Shown here: positions 54,598 through 64,000 of the stretch, in pieces
Layout: each line of letters begins with the position of its first letter
How positions within the stretch are numbered: the first letter of the stretch is position 1
Source: an uncultured Acidobacteriota bacterium
GTDB lineage: Bacteria; Actinomycetota; Acidimicrobiia; Spongiisociales; ZC4RG35
Reading direction: 5' to 3'
Length of the DNA: 64,000 nucleotides
Assembly: GCA_963746905.1 (NCBI GenBank)
Contig: CAVVCY010000001.1
Location: forward strand, 78,125 to 142,124
Made by a program: the position numbers and the translations under genes
Notes under the pieces: generated by a model
Seen by the model: only the letters and a program-made list of their open reading frames with translations
Databases searched by the model: none
Told to the model about the DNA's origin: nothing

Positions 54598-56652
54598 GTG
54601 TCACCCATGAACTCACTCGATCCGATGCTCGTTGCCCGTTCGGTGGCCGTCGTTGGTGCGAGCGAACGGCCGGGATCGGTGGGTGATCAGGTGGTGCGTC
54701 AGCTGATCACCGGAGGGTTCAAAGGCCCGATCCACCTTGTGAATCCGAAATATCAGGCACTTCACGGCCTCGAATGTGTTCCCGACCTCGAGAGCATCGG
54801 AGGACCGGTCGATCTCGTGGTCCTGGCCGTGGCCAACGCCTATCTGGAAGACGGCCTCACCCGGGCGGCGAAGATTGGAGCTGGCTCGGCGGCGATTTTT
54901 GCCAGTTGCCACGGTAAGGCGTACGACGGCAGCCCTTTGCGAGCGCGACTTCAACAGATCGCCGAGGACGCCGCCATTCCGATCTGCGGTGGCAACGGGA
55001 TGGGTTTTCTCAACCTGGAGGCAGGCCTACGGGTTTGTGGTTTCTATCAACCTCCTGATCTGGCACCGGGTGGGGTGACTTTTCTCAGCCACTCCGGATC
55101 CTTGTTCTCAGCCCTACTCCACAACCGGCGAGGCATCCGCTTCAACCTCGTCGTCTCCACCGGGCTCGAGATCAACACTTCGATGGATCGTTATCTGACC
55201 TGGTCCCTGGAGCGACAGAGCACCCGGGTGGTGGCACTGTTCCTGGAGACCATTCGGGACCCCGTCGGATTCAGGGCATCTTTGGAGGCGGCTGCCGCCG
55301 TCGACATCCCGGTTGTGGCGCTCAAGGTCGGGGTCAGCGCGACGGGTCAGACAGCAGTCGCCACCCACAGCGAGGCACTCGCCGGTGATGACGCCGTGTA
55401 CGAGGCTCTTTTCGACGCCTGTGGCGTGCATCGGGTGGCGAGCATGGACGAGATGGCCGACACCCTCGAATTGCTCTCGGCGGGACGACGGGCAACCGCC
55501 TTCGGGCTGGGAGCGGTTCACGATTCCGGAGGAGAGCGAGCCATGCTGATCGACACCGCCGATCGGGTCGGGGTCCCTCTTCCCCAACTCGGGCAAGCCT
55601 CGCGTGATCGGGTATCGGCGGTCCTCGATCCGGGCCTGGAGCCTGCCAACCCCGTCGATGCATGGGGCACCGGTCGTGACGCAGAGGATGTGTTTGTCGA
55701 ATGTCTCCAAGCGCTGGCCGACGATCCTGGAATCGGCGCTGTCGCCTTTTGCGTCGACCTCACGCCCGAGGAGCACGAGGACGGGGCCTATTCAAATTCA
55801 GCAATCGAAGTGGCCCAGAAGACCACGAAGCCGGTCATGGTCCTCGGCAACCTCACTTCGACCATCGATTCCTATCAGGCCGGCCTTCTGCGCGAGGCCG
55901 GAATACCGGTCCTGGAAGGCACGGTGACCGGATTGCAGGCGGTTCGTCACCTGCTCGACGGTTATCAGAGGAGCTCCGTTCCGGACCTGGCTCATCGATT
56001 GACGTCCGAGGCCGACCCATCGTCCGGTGTCGACGGCCAAATGGCCGCCTTCGGGGTCCTCGCCTCGTACGGCATTCCGATTCCTGCATCGCAGCCGGTG
56101 GGGTCTGAAGCTGAGGCCCTCTCAGCGGCGTCGGGCATTGGGTACCCGGTGGTCGTCAAGACGGCAGCCTCGGTCGATCACAAGACCGAATTGGGTGGCG
56201 TTGTGGTCGGGATCGGCAATGAGGTCGCACTCCGGGCCGCCTACCGCGAGTTGTCCGAAGCCCATGGGCCCGAGGCCATTGTGTTCGAATCGATCCCGGC
56301 GGGGGTAGAAGTAGGGCTGGGGATGGTCAATGATCCCCAGTTCGGCCCGGTGGTGATTCTCTCTGCAGGGGGAACAATGATCGAGCTGATCGCCGATCGT
56401 GTGGCCGTGATGCCCCCGATCGATTCGCAACGCTCACGAAGTGCCATCGACCGTCTCGCGATCCGACCCATTTTCGATGGGGTTCGTGGCAGGCCGGCGA
56501 CCGATATCGAAGCTCTCGCTGACCTGGTGACCCGTTTCTCCGAGCTGGCTACCGATGCAGCTCCCTCCATGGCTGCGATCGACGTCAATCCGGTGATTGT
56601 CGGGCCGGACCGAGCAGTCGCCGTCGATGTCTTGTTCAAAGGCAGGACATGA
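54598..56652 (+). CDS. ADP-forming acyl-CoA synthetase (acetate--CoA ligase family; CoA-binding plus ATP-grasp)
   Basis: 684 aa. N-terminal SVAVVGASERPGSVG CoA-binding fold; C-terminal ATP-grasp (GYPVVVKTAAS...HKTELGGV). Start is GTG 54598 or ATG 54607. Confidence 0.85.
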   Translation: MSPMNSLDPMLVARSVAVVGASERPGSVGDQVVRQLITGGFKGPIHLVNPKYQALHGLECVPDLESIGGPVDLVVLAVANAYLEDGLTRAAKIGAGSAAIFASCHGKAYDGSPLRARLQQIAEDAAIPICGGNGMGFLNLEAGLRVCGFYQPPDLAPGGVTFLSHSGSLFSALLHNRRGIRFNLVVSTGLEINTSMDRYLTWSLERQSTRVVALFLETIRDPVGFRASLEAAAAVDIPVVALKVGVSATGQTAVATHSEALAGDDAVYEALFDACGVHRVASMDEMADTLELLSAGRRATAFGLGAVHDSGGERAMLIDTADRVGVPLPQLGQASRDRVSAVLDPGLEPANPVDAWGTGRDAEDVFVECLQALADDPGIGAVAFCVDLTPEEHEDGAYSNSAIEVAQKTTKPVMVLGNLTSTIDSYQAGLLREAGIPVLEGTVTGLQAVRHLLDGYQRSSVPDLAHRLTSEADPSSGVDGQMAAFGVLASYGIPIPASQPVGSEAEALSAASGIGYPVVVKTAASVDHKTELGGVVVGIGNEVALRAAYRELSEAHGPEAIVFESIPAGVEVGLGMVNDPQFGPVVILSAGGTMIELIADRVAVMPPIDSQRSRSAIDRLAIRPIFDGVRGRPATDIEALADLVTRFSELATDAAPSMAAIDVNPVIVGPDRAVAVDVLFKGRT

Positions 56653-57443
56653 CCGATCTGGTGTTAATCGAGGATCGGGGCCCGGTTCGCGTCTTGACGA
56701 TGAATCGTCCCGAGAAGCTCAACGCGCTGTCGAGTGCCCTCATCGAGTCGTTGTCTGTGGCGCTGGCTGAAGCTGCTGGGAGAGCAGAGACGCGGGTTGT
56801 GGTCCTTGCCGGCGCCGGCCGTTCCTTCTGTGCCGGGTATGACCTGTCCGAGGAGGGGGGTGAGTCCGACATCGAGGTCGGGTTGGGACGCAACCTCGAC
56901 CGGCTTCTCGAGCTGTTCGACCACCCGAAGCCGATCATCGCCCAGGTCCAGGGGCATTGCCTGGCCGGTGGATGTGACCTGATGATGATGTGCGACCTCG
57001 CGGTCGCCGCAGAAGATGCTGTGTTCGGGCAGCCGGAGATCCGGTTCGGTGCAGGCGTGGTTGCCTATGTGATGCCCTGGTTGATTGGGGCACGTCGGGC
57101 AAAAGAGTTGTTGTTCACCGGCGTCGACAAGCTCCCCGCCGCCGAGGCGGAGCGAATCGGCCTGGTGAACAGGGTGGTCCCCAAGGACCAGCTCGAAGAC
57201 GAGACGATGCGTCTGGCCGAGGCCCTGGCCGTCGTCGACCCCTTTGCCATGCAGATGACGAAGCGGGCAATCAATTGGGCCTGGGAGGCGGCGGGATTTC
57301 GCGACGCGCTCCGCGGCGGTCTCGAACTGGGTGCGATGATCGAGACGACGAAGGTGCCGGAGCGGGAAGAGTTCGAGAGAATCGCCGCCGAGCGGGGCTT
57401 GGCCGAGGCGATTCGATGGCGAGATGAGAGGTTCGAGAGTTGA
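56649..57443 (+). CDS. Enoyl-CoA hydratase/isomerase (crotonase) family
   Basis: VVLAGAGRSFCAGYDL and IAQVQGHCLAGGCDL motifs. ATGA overlap with the upstream gene. Confidence 0.9.
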   Translation: MTDLVLIEDRGPVRVLTMNRPEKLNALSSALIESLSVALAEAAGRAETRVVVLAGAGRSFCAGYDLSEEGGESDIEVGLGRNLDRLLELFDHPKPIIAQVQGHCLAGGCDLMMMCDLAVAAEDAVFGQPEIRFGAGVVAYVMPWLIGARRAKELLFTGVDKLPAAEAERIGLVNRVVPKDQLEDETMRLAEALAVVDPFAMQMTKRAINWAWEAAGFRDALRGGLELGAMIETTKVPEREEFERIAAERGLAEAIRWRDERFES

Positions 57444-58285
57444 GGCGTTACGTGTTGACCCTGAGCTGTCCTGACCGACCCGGGATCGTGAACGCCGTCA
57501 CCGGTGCCCTACTCGAGATTCAGGCCAACATTCTCGAGAGCGCTCAGTTCGGCGATGTCGACAGCGCCACATTCGCCCTGCGCATCGTTTTCGAAACGGA
57601 GGAAGAAGATACGGCCATCGTCTCGGCACCATTGGTCGAAGTCGCCGACGAGCTATCCGGAGCGCTCAAGCTGAGGGCGATGGATGCCAGACCGAGGGCT
57701 TTGGTGATGGTCTCCAAGTACGACCATTGTCTGCTCGATCTCCTCCACCGCCACCGACATGGCGAGTTGGCCATCGAGATCCCGGTGATCGTGTCCAATC
57801 ACGGAGACTGCGCCGAGCTCGCCGGCCGCTACGGGATCCCCTACGAGCACATCCCGGTCACCGAGGAGACCAAGACACACGCTGAGGCTCGGTTGATGGG
57901 GCTCATCGACGAGCATTCCATCGACTTCGTGGTCCTCGCCCGCTACATGCAGATCCTGTCGCCGGAGACATGCAAGGCCCTGGAGGGGCGCGCCATCAAC
58001 ATCCACCACTCGTTCCTGCCTGGCTTCAAAGGATCACGCCCCTATCACCAGGCCCATCAGCGAGGAGTCAAGCTGATTGGGGCCACCGCCCACTACGTGA
58101 CCGTCGACCTCGACGAGGGGCCGATCATCGAACAGGACGTGGCCAGGGTCACCCACGCCCACAGCGCCGAAGACCTGGTTTCGATCGGTCGTGATGTCGA
58201 GCGGATCGTGCTGGCCCGAGCAGTCCGCTATCACGCCGAAGAGCGTGTGATCCTCATCGGGTCGAAGACCGTCGTCTTTTCCTGA
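57440..58285 (+). CDS. purU: Formyltetrahydrofolate deformylase
   Basis: N-terminal ACT (LTLSCPDRPGIVNAVTGAL) and formyltransferase core (INIHHSFLPGFKGSRPYHQA, HYVTVDLDEGPII); 281 aa. Confidence 0.9.
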   Translation: MRRYVLTLSCPDRPGIVNAVTGALLEIQANILESAQFGDVDSATFALRIVFETEEEDTAIVSAPLVEVADELSGALKLRAMDARPRALVMVSKYDHCLLDLLHRHRHGELAIEIPVIVSNHGDCAELAGRYGIPYEHIPVTEETKTHAEARLMGLIDEHSIDFVVLARYMQILSPETCKALEGRAINIHHSFLPGFKGSRPYHQAHQRGVKLIGATAHYVTVDLDEGPIIEQDVARVTHAHSAEDLVSIGRDVERIVLARAVRYHAEERVILIGSKTVVFS

Positions 58286-58306
58286 AGATTCGGCGCCTGC
58301 GGAACC

Positions 58307-59095
58307 TCAACTCTCCTCGGCCCGCTGGGCGTAGCGCTGGGCGAGGATGATGGGGATGAAGGTGATGAGGATCACGAATACTGCCACCACATTCGTGACC
58401 GGGCGGTTCCGGGGGCGAACCAACGAGGAAAAGATCCAGATAGGCAGCGTCTGCTGATTCCCCGCCGTGAATGTGGTGACGATGATCTCGTCGAAGGAAA
58501 GGGCAAAGGCCAGCATCCCGCCCACCAGCATCGCGGGGACTAGTTGAGGGAACAGGACATGCCGAAAGGTCTGCCATCCTCGCGCCCCCAGGTCCATCGA
58601 AGCCTCGAGGATGTTGGGTGACGTCCTCCTCATCCGGGCGATGACGTTATTGAATGCCACCGCCACGCAGAAGGTGGCGTGGCCGATCACCAGCGTCCAG
58701 AAGGAGAATTTGAGATCACCCAGATTGATCGCCGAGCGGAGGGCGATTCCGGTGATGATCCCGGGGAGTGCGATGGGGAGGATGATGAACAGACTCAATG
58801 TGTTCTTTCCGAAGAAATTGGTTCTCCACACCGCGGCCGCCGCCAGTGTTCCCACCACCAGGGCAACCAGGGTCGACACCAACGCAACCCGCAACGAGAG
58901 GCCCAGCGCAGCTCGGATGTCGGAGTTCTGCCAGGCAACCCCGAACCAGTCTGTCGTGAAACCGGGCGGGGGGAAGCGGAAGCTCGCCGACTCCGTGGTG
59001 AAGGCGTACAAGAAGACGAAGAGGATTGGGATATGCAGATAGGCAATTGTGAAGCCTGCAGCCAGCTTCAAGCCGAGGCTTGCTTTGTTCCTCAC
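58307..59095 (-). CDS. ABC transporter permease (PotC-like)
   Basis: 262 aa, 6 TM segments, EAA loop [22 protein letters not shown]. Confidence 0.85.
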   Translation of the reverse strand: MRNKASLGLKLAAGFTIAYLHIPILFVFLYAFTTESASFRFPPPGFTTDWFGVAWQNSDIRAALGLSLRVALVSTLVALVVGTLAAAAVWRTNFFGKNTLSLFIILPIALPGIITGIALRSAINLGDLKFSFWTLVIGHATFCVAVAFNNVIARMRRTSPNILEASMDLGARGWQTFRHVLFPQLVPAMLVGGMLAFALSFDEIIVTTFTAGNQQTLPIWIFSSLVRPRNRPVTNVVAVFVILITFIPIILAQRYAQRAEES

Positions 59096-60024
59096 AACGC
59101 CTCGAAGGCGCCGAAGCGACGAGCCATCGTCAGATAGATCGCCATGACCGCGATCGGGATGAACGAGAAAGCCGCAGCCAAGGGAAGGTTCCCGGCAACA
59201 CCCTGATAGGAGTAGATGGCGAGCCCGATGAACGGGCTGGAGTCCCCGATGATGGTGGGGATGATGTAGTCGCCGAGGGTCAGAGAGAAGGTGAAGATCG
59301 ACCCCGCGGCCACGCCGGGGATGGCCATCGGCCAGGTTACCTTTCGAAACGTCGTGGCCGGTTGGGCGCCGAGGTCAGCTGAGGCTTCGAGCAGGGAACC
59401 GGGCACTCGCTCCAACGACGCGTGGATGGGGAGGATCATGTACGGCAGCCAGATGTAAACGAAGACCATGAACTGGCCGAAGAGGGAGATCGAGAGTGAT
59501 GGTCCGCCGAGCAGTGGGGTGTCGAGCAGGAACTGGAGTGCGCCCCCCAGACCCAGTCTCTCTACGAACCAGTTGATGATCCCGTCAGCGGCCAGGATCA
59601 GCTTCCAGGAGTAGACCCGAACCAGGTATGAGGACCAAAGCGGCACCAGCACCGCCAGCACGAGGACGGCTTTGACCTGCTTGCGGGCATATCTCGCCAT
59701 GTAGTAGGCGAGAGGGAAGGCGATGATCACCGACGCCACCGTGACCGCGGCAGCCATGCCCACGGTCCGCACCATCACCGCGACGTTGGCCTCGGTGAAC
59801 AGCTGTCTCCAGGAGTCGAGCGTCAGGCTGTCGCCGATCGCCCCGCTGAACGTGTCCAGGGCGTAGAAGCTCTGGATGAGAAGGGCGCCGAGACTCCCAC
59901 CGTATACCCCCACCATCCAGATCAGCGGCAGGGCGAGCAGCAAGAGGACCTTCAGCCAAGGTCGTCGGTGAAGCCCTCTCGCGATCCGATGAGTCAGCGG
60001 AGGCGGTTTGGTGTCCGTAGCCAT
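59092..60024 (-). CDS. ABC transporter permease (PotB-like)
   Basis: 310 aa, EAA loop [22 protein letters not shown]. 4-nt overlap with the downstream permease. Confidence 0.85.
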   Translation of the reverse strand: MATDTKPPPLTHRIARGLHRRPWLKVLLLLALPLIWMVGVYGGSLGALLIQSFYALDTFSGAIGDSLTLDSWRQLFTEANVAVMVRTVGMAAAVTVASVIIAFPLAYYMARYARKQVKAVLVLAVLVPLWSSYLVRVYSWKLILAADGIINWFVERLGLGGALQFLLDTPLLGGPSLSISLFGQFMVFVYIWLPYMILPIHASLERVPGSLLEASADLGAQPATTFRKVTWPMAIPGVAAGSIFTFSLTLGDYIIPTIIGDSSPFIGLAIYSYQGVAGNLPLAAAFSFIPIAVMAIYLTMARRFGAFEAL

Positions 60025-60082
60025 TGGTGGTGCCTGGATGTGGGCGGCGCCCCGGCGCCACCCACATCAACAGGCCTATCGC

Positions 60083-61270
60083 TCAGCGACCGCCGATCAC
60101 GGCCAGATAGTCGGTGACCCAGCGGTAGTAGGGGACGCAGTCCCCAATTGACCCGGTCCCGTTGCAATCGTCGGTCGGGGTCTTCCAGAACTTGATCTCG
60201 TTGAAGGACTCGCTCCCGTTGTTGGCGCAACCGTCGGGGCCGAGCAGCTCGTTCCCTTCACAGGCCGCCGGGACCGCCGGCACCGTGCCGAACCATGCCG
60301 ACACATCGCCCTGGACCTTTGGATCGAGCGAGTGCTCCATCCACATGTAGGAGCAGTTGGGGTGCGGCGCGTTCGAGCTCAGCATGGTGGTGTCCGCCCA
60401 TCCGGTTGCTCCCTCGACAGGAACCACTTTGTCGATCGGCTCCCCGGCGAACTGCAATACGTTGGTCTGGAACGGCCAAGTCGATGAGGCAGCCACGCCC
60501 TCGTTGGTGAAGTCGTCGATCTGGATGAAGGCGTCATGCCAGTACCTACCCACCAGCGTGCGCTGGACTCGCAGGAGATCGAGAGCAGCTTGGTACTGAT
60601 CTTCGTTGAGCTGATAGGGGTCTTCGATCCCGAGGTCGGGCTGGGTGACGCTCAGATAGAGCGCAGCGTCCGCGATGTAGATCGGGCCGTCGTAGGCCTG
60701 AACTCGTCCCTTGTTCGAGACGTCATCGGGCAGAATCGTCTCCTCGAAGACAACACTCCACGAATCCGGCGGGGTGTCCCCGAACACCTCTTTGTTGTAG
60801 CCGAGGACATTGAATCCCTCGACATAAGGCGTCCCGTAGTGCTTGCCGTCAACGGTGTGCCATTCGGCGTCCTGGAGACGAGGGTCGATCGTGTCCCAAC
60901 TTTCGATCAGGTCGGGGTTGATCTCCTGAACCGCTCCACCTGCGACGAGGCGGAGACTGGCGTCGCCGGAGGCGGTTACCAGGTCGTACTCCTCGGAGCC
61001 CGTCATCAGCGCCACCATCTCGTCCGAGGTTCCCGCGACCTTGTTCTCGACCATGCAGCCGGTCTCCTCTTCGAAGTCCGTGACCCAGTCGTAGGCGGGA
61101 TCCGTCTCGCCTCGCTCGATATAGCCGGCCCAGGAGACAATGACCACCTTGCCCTCACCGTCACCGATTTCGGTGGGAAGCTCCGCGCCCTCTTCGTCAC
61201 CTGAATCAGTACAGGCAGTGGCAAGCACTGCCATCGCCGTGATCAGGAAAAGAAACTTCCTTGATCTCAT
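60083..61270 (-). CDS. ABC substrate-binding lipoprotein (PotD-like)
   Basis: Signal peptide plus lipobox MRSRKFLFLITAMAVLATAC; 395 aa. Confidence 0.85.
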   Translation of the reverse strand: MRSRKFLFLITAMAVLATACTDSGDEEGAELPTEIGDGEGKVVIVSWAGYIERGETDPAYDWVTDFEEETGCMVENKVAGTSDEMVALMTGSEEYDLVTASGDASLRLVAGGAVQEINPDLIESWDTIDPRLQDAEWHTVDGKHYGTPYVEGFNVLGYNKEVFGDTPPDSWSVVFEETILPDDVSNKGRVQAYDGPIYIADAALYLSVTQPDLGIEDPYQLNEDQYQAALDLLRVQRTLVGRYWHDAFIQIDDFTNEGVAASSTWPFQTNVLQFAGEPIDKVVPVEGATGWADTTMLSSNAPHPNCSYMWMEHSLDPKVQGDVSAWFGTVPAVPAACEGNELLGPDGCANNGSESFNEIKFWKTPTDDCNGTGSIGDCVPYYRWVTDYLAVIGGR

Positions 61271-62367
61271 TCGATTGTTTCCTCCTCTGAGGTGTCGTTT
61301 CCGGCTCCGGCCAGGGCCGGGGCCATTTCATCCGCTCCAGCCTCTCGAGGGTTCTCCTCGAGAGGCCGGCACGAATCCTTTGTCCATGTCAGCCGCACCG
61401 ACCGGCCAATCTGGCGCTGGGCATCACTGTGATCGGCTGCCGTGTTCTGGGCAGCGACCTCGACCATCGAGCCGCCGACATCCACGCGATACCTGGTGTA
61501 CATGCCGAGGTAGACAGCCTCGGTGATTGTCCCGTCGACGGCAGCCATTCCGTCAGGCACCGGGCTCGCCGGCTCGTCGATGCTGATCTTCTCGGGGCGG
61601 ACGGTGAACGGGGAGGACGACCCCATGATCCGTTCCGCCGACGGCCCCGACATGACATTCGAAGTCCCGACGAATCCGGCGACGAAGGCGTTGCGGGGAT
61701 TCTCGTAGACATCCGATGGAGTGCCCACCTGCTCGACGAGGCCGTGGTTGAAGACAGCGAGGCGGTCACTCATGGTCAGGGCCTCCTCCTGGTCGTGGGT
61801 CACATAGATGAAGGTGATCCCCACCTCGCGCTGCAGGGTTTTCAACTCCAACTGCATCGCCTGACGCAGCTTGAGATCCAGGGCACCGAGCGGTTCGTCG
61901 AGGAGAAGCACGGAAGGCCGATTGATGAGGGCTCTGGCCAGAGCAACACGTTGGCGCTGCCCGCCCGAGAGCTGACTCGGTTTCCGGTCGGCGAAACCGT
62001 CGAGGTGGACCATGGCCAGGGCTTTGCCAACCCGGTCCGCCTGATCAGGCTCTTTGCGAACCATCGGCCCGTAGCCGACGTTCTCGGCAACGGTCATGTG
62101 GGGGAAAAGTGCGTAGTCCTGAAAGACGGTGTTCACGTCACGGTCATAGGGCGGCACACCGGTCACGTCGTTGCCGTGGAGGGAAACGCGACCCGAGCTC
62201 GGAATTTCGAATCCGGCGATCATGCGCAAGCAGGTGGTCTTCCCGCTTCCGGATGGGCCGAGCATCGAAAAGAATTCCCCGTCGGCTATGTCGAGGGTCA
62301 CACCGTTGACCGCACTCACGTCGCCGAACACCTTGGTCACTTTGTCGAGACTTACAGCCACGGCCAA
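61267..62367 (-). CDS. ABC transporter ATP-binding protein (PotA-like)
   Basis: Walker A GPSGSGKTT, signature LSGGQRQRVALAR, Walker B LLLDEP. Confidence 0.9.
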   Translation of the reverse strand: MAVAVSLDKVTKVFGDVSAVNGVTLDIADGEFFSMLGPSGSGKTTCLRMIAGFEIPSSGRVSLHGNDVTGVPPYDRDVNTVFQDYALFPHMTVAENVGYGPMVRKEPDQADRVGKALAMVHLDGFADRKPSQLSGGQRQRVALARALINRPSVLLLDEPLGALDLKLRQAMQLELKTLQREVGITFIYVTHDQEEALTMSDRLAVFNHGLVEQVGTPSDVYENPRNAFVAGFVGTSNVMSGPSAERIMGSSSPFTVRPEKISIDEPASPVPDGMAAVDGTITEAVYLGMYTRYRVDVGGSMVEVAAQNTAADHSDAQRQIGRSVRLTWTKDSCRPLEENPREAGADEMAPALAGAGNDTSEEETIE

Positions 62368-62465
62368 TTGGATCCTGACCTCCCAATGGTCGACGGAGCC
62401 TATCGGGACCGGAGCCGGCCTGCCGGGGGAGTAGGTTCGATGGGTTGGCTGACAAAAGGAGCGAT

Positions 62466-62759
62466 ATGGCCAAATTCATCATCCTCGGCAACTACACGAC
62501 GCAGGGGATCGGAGCGATAAAGGAGGCTCCAGGACGACTCGACGCTACGAGAGACCGTCTTGCGGCCTTCGGTGTGACAATCGAGGACTTCTACCTGACA
62601 TTTGGCCAGTACGACATCGTGTCTGTGGTCGACGCTCCGGACATGGCGAGTGCGGCCAAGGCGTTGATGACTCTCGGGATGGCCGGGAATGTGGGCACCG
62701 TAACGATGGCGGCCCTCAGCGAGGCTGAGTTCAGGAAGGTCGTCTCCGAGCTCCCCTGA
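62466..62759 (+). CDS. GYD domain protein
   Basis: ATG 62466 follows AAAGGAG. Sequence MAKFIILGNYTTQGIGAIKE...FGQYDIVSVVDAPD. Confidence 0.8.
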   Translation: MAKFIILGNYTTQGIGAIKEAPGRLDATRDRLAAFGVTIEDFYLTFGQYDIVSVVDAPDMASAAKALMTLGMAGNVGTVTMAALSEAEFRKVVSELP

Positions 62760-62827
62760 ATCTGAAAGCCCTTACCTGAGGTACGTGGCGCCAAATACGG
62801 CGCTGAGCCGACAGAGAATCAGAAAGC

Positions 62828-62860
62828 GAAATGGGCCACCGCTGGGCGGTGGCCCATTTC
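62828..62860. terminator. Bidirectional terminator hairpin between convergent genes
   Basis: gaaatgggccaccg ctgg cggtggcccatttc: 14-bp stem, 4-nt loop. Confidence 0.6.
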
Positions 62861-62878
62861 AACATCGCGATCGGTTGC

Positions 62879-64000
62879 TCAGGACGTGGTGTCGGCCACA
62901 GAGGTAGTGCCGTATCCCTCTTCCTCGGGATGGCCATGCTCGCCCATGGTCATGGCGAATTCCTCCTCCGGGGAAAGAACAAGCTTGTTCCGGCCTGACA
63001 ACCCGAAGTAGAGGATTCCCAGAACGAACCAGACGGCGACTCCATAGACGCCGGGGAGGTAGGCGTCGTTGAGGAACAGCGCCACGAGGGAGATCAGGGC
63101 AATGACGGCGGCCAAACCGGCGCCGAAAACCCCTACCGGGCTCCGGTATGGCCTCTCGATGTCGGGCATTTTCCGACGAAGCATGATGAACGAGAACATC
63201 TGCATCGAGTAGGAGATGACCGCACCGAAAACCGCCATGCTCAACAGGGCGGCACCGGCAGTTCCGGCGGACTGGCTGTCGAGCAGCCAGGCCAACCCGT
63301 AACCGACGACGCCACCGAGCAGGAGCGCCACATACGGCGTCTTCCGCGTCCCATGGGTGACCGACATCCAGTGTGGGAAGTATCCAGCCCTTGACAGGGA
63401 GTAGATGTTCCTACCGTACGCATAGATGATGGTGTGGAAGCTGGCGATCAGCCCGGTCAACGCGAACAGGCCCAGGATTGCGGCATTGGTGTCACTCCCA
63501 AGCACCACTCGGAACCCGTCGAGCAGCGGCTCGCCGGCCGTCCGGATCTCCTCTGCCCCGGTGACACCGGTGTTGAGGAAGAGGACTCCCACGGCACAAA
63601 TAACCAGGGTCCACAAACCCCACATCGTGCCTCGTGGCACGTCCCGCTTCGGGTCCATCGATTCTTCCGCCGCCAGTGGTAATTCCTCGATGGCTAGGTA
63701 GAACCAGATCGCGAACGGCAGGGCGGCGAAGATCCCAGCCCAGCCGAATGGCAGGAACGAGGTCCCGCCGGTGTCAGCGGCGATGTTGGTCAGGTTGGAG
63801 GCGTCGAAATGCGAGATGGAGAACGCGAAGAAGATCGCGAGCACAGCCAGCGAGATCACGGCTATCGCAACCGAGAATCGCATCGTGGCCTCGATCCCGA
63901 GGATGTTGAGCCCGACGAAGATCACGTAGAAAATCAGCCACCACCATCGGGGAGCGATGTCGACCCCGAACAACTCGTTGAAGACCGGCTGGGCGTAGGC
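62879..64000 (-). CDS. APC-family amino acid/ethanolamine-type permease (partial; N-terminus lies beyond the window)
   Basis: Multi-pass membrane protein with C-terminal tail EEEFAMTMGEHGHPEEEGYG. The ORF is open to the window edge. Confidence 0.75.
   Translation of the reverse strand, partial: AYAQPVFNELFGVDIAPRWWWLIFYVIFVGLNILGIEATMRFSVAIAVISLAVLAIFFAFSISHFDASNLTNIAADTGGTSFLPFGWAGIFAALPFAIWFYLAIEELPLAAEESMDPKRDVPRGTMWGLWTLVICAVGVLFLNTGVTGAEEIRTAGEPLLDGFRVVLGSDTNAAILGLFALTGLIASFHTIIYAYGRNIYSLSRAGYFPHWMSVTHGTRKTPYVALLLGGVVGYGLAWLLDSQSAGTAGAALLSMAVFGAVISYSMQMFSFIMLRRKMPDIERPYRSPVGVFGAGLAAVIALISLVALFLNDAYLPGVYGVAVWFVLGILYFGLSGRNKLVLSPEEEFAMTMGEHGHPEEEGYGTTSVADTTS

Noticed and set aside
42073-57443. 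Naming the island a DMSP demethylation pathway (dmdA GcvT-like, dmdB ligase, dmdC acyl-CoA dehydrogenase, dmdD crotonase).
   Set aside because: The enzyme classes match superficially. However, the CoA ligase here is the ADP-forming ATP-grasp type rather than an AMP-forming DmdB. The GcvT-like protein cannot be distinguished from other aminomethyltransferases by eye. The Rieske, aminotransferase and Pot-type importers are not part of that pathway. I kept it as only one of several substrate hypotheses.
1-64000. Looked for rRNA, tRNA, CRISPR arrays, transposases, integrases, phage genes and recognisable defence systems across the whole window.
   Set aside because: No regularly spaced direct repeats turned up, and no cloverleaf-like or rRNA-like conserved stretches in the intergenic regions. 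No ORF carried DDE, tyrosine/serine recombinase, restriction-modification, Cas or reverse-transcriptase motifs.

Overview
This is a high-GC (~65% by eye) chromosomal segment. Gene content, frequent GTG/TTG starts and Tat/lipoprotein signals fit Actinomycetota, possibly an aquatic Acidimicrobiia-like lineage (lineage is inference only). I recognise about 60 protein-coding genes and no rRNA, tRNA, CRISPR array, transposase, integrase or phage genes.

The window has three parts.

(1) 1-32 kb is a mixed housekeeping and accessory set. It includes lon, a 780-aa AtsA-type arylsulfatase, an MFS exporter, a flippase-like giant membrane protein, an LLM oxidoreductase, LtrA and a TPR-adenylate cyclase. 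It also holds two ECF sigma factors: one SigG-like with a SnoaL-like C-terminal domain, and one coupled to a single-pass anti-sigma candidate with BNR/Asp-box repeats.

(2) 32.4-40.4 kb is the most unusual stretch. A lipoprotein S8 subtilase lies divergent from a TPR-CHAT protease gene, a third ECF sigma and a translationally coupled soluble partner. A membrane-anchored hypothetical and a lipoprotein beta-propeller follow. The region is riddled with apparent frameshifts (at least 13 by my reading), most of those I could place sitting at short G/C runs, while the long conserved genes elsewhere are intact.

(3) 40.4-64 kb is an amine/one-carbon catabolic island. It encodes a GcvT-like aminomethyltransferase with a CrtI-like FAD oxidoreductase, an acyl-CoA dehydrogenase, a Rieske oxygenase, a class-III aminotransferase, an ADP-forming acyl-CoA synthetase, an enoyl-CoA hydratase, purU, two Pot-like ABC importers and an ethanolamine-type permease. 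Regulators are a TetR and a WYL protein. A related 16-bp operator-like motif (CTGAACGGCCGTTCAG) recurs at four promoters in the island.

All functional calls come from reading motifs in the supplied translations; no database search was run.
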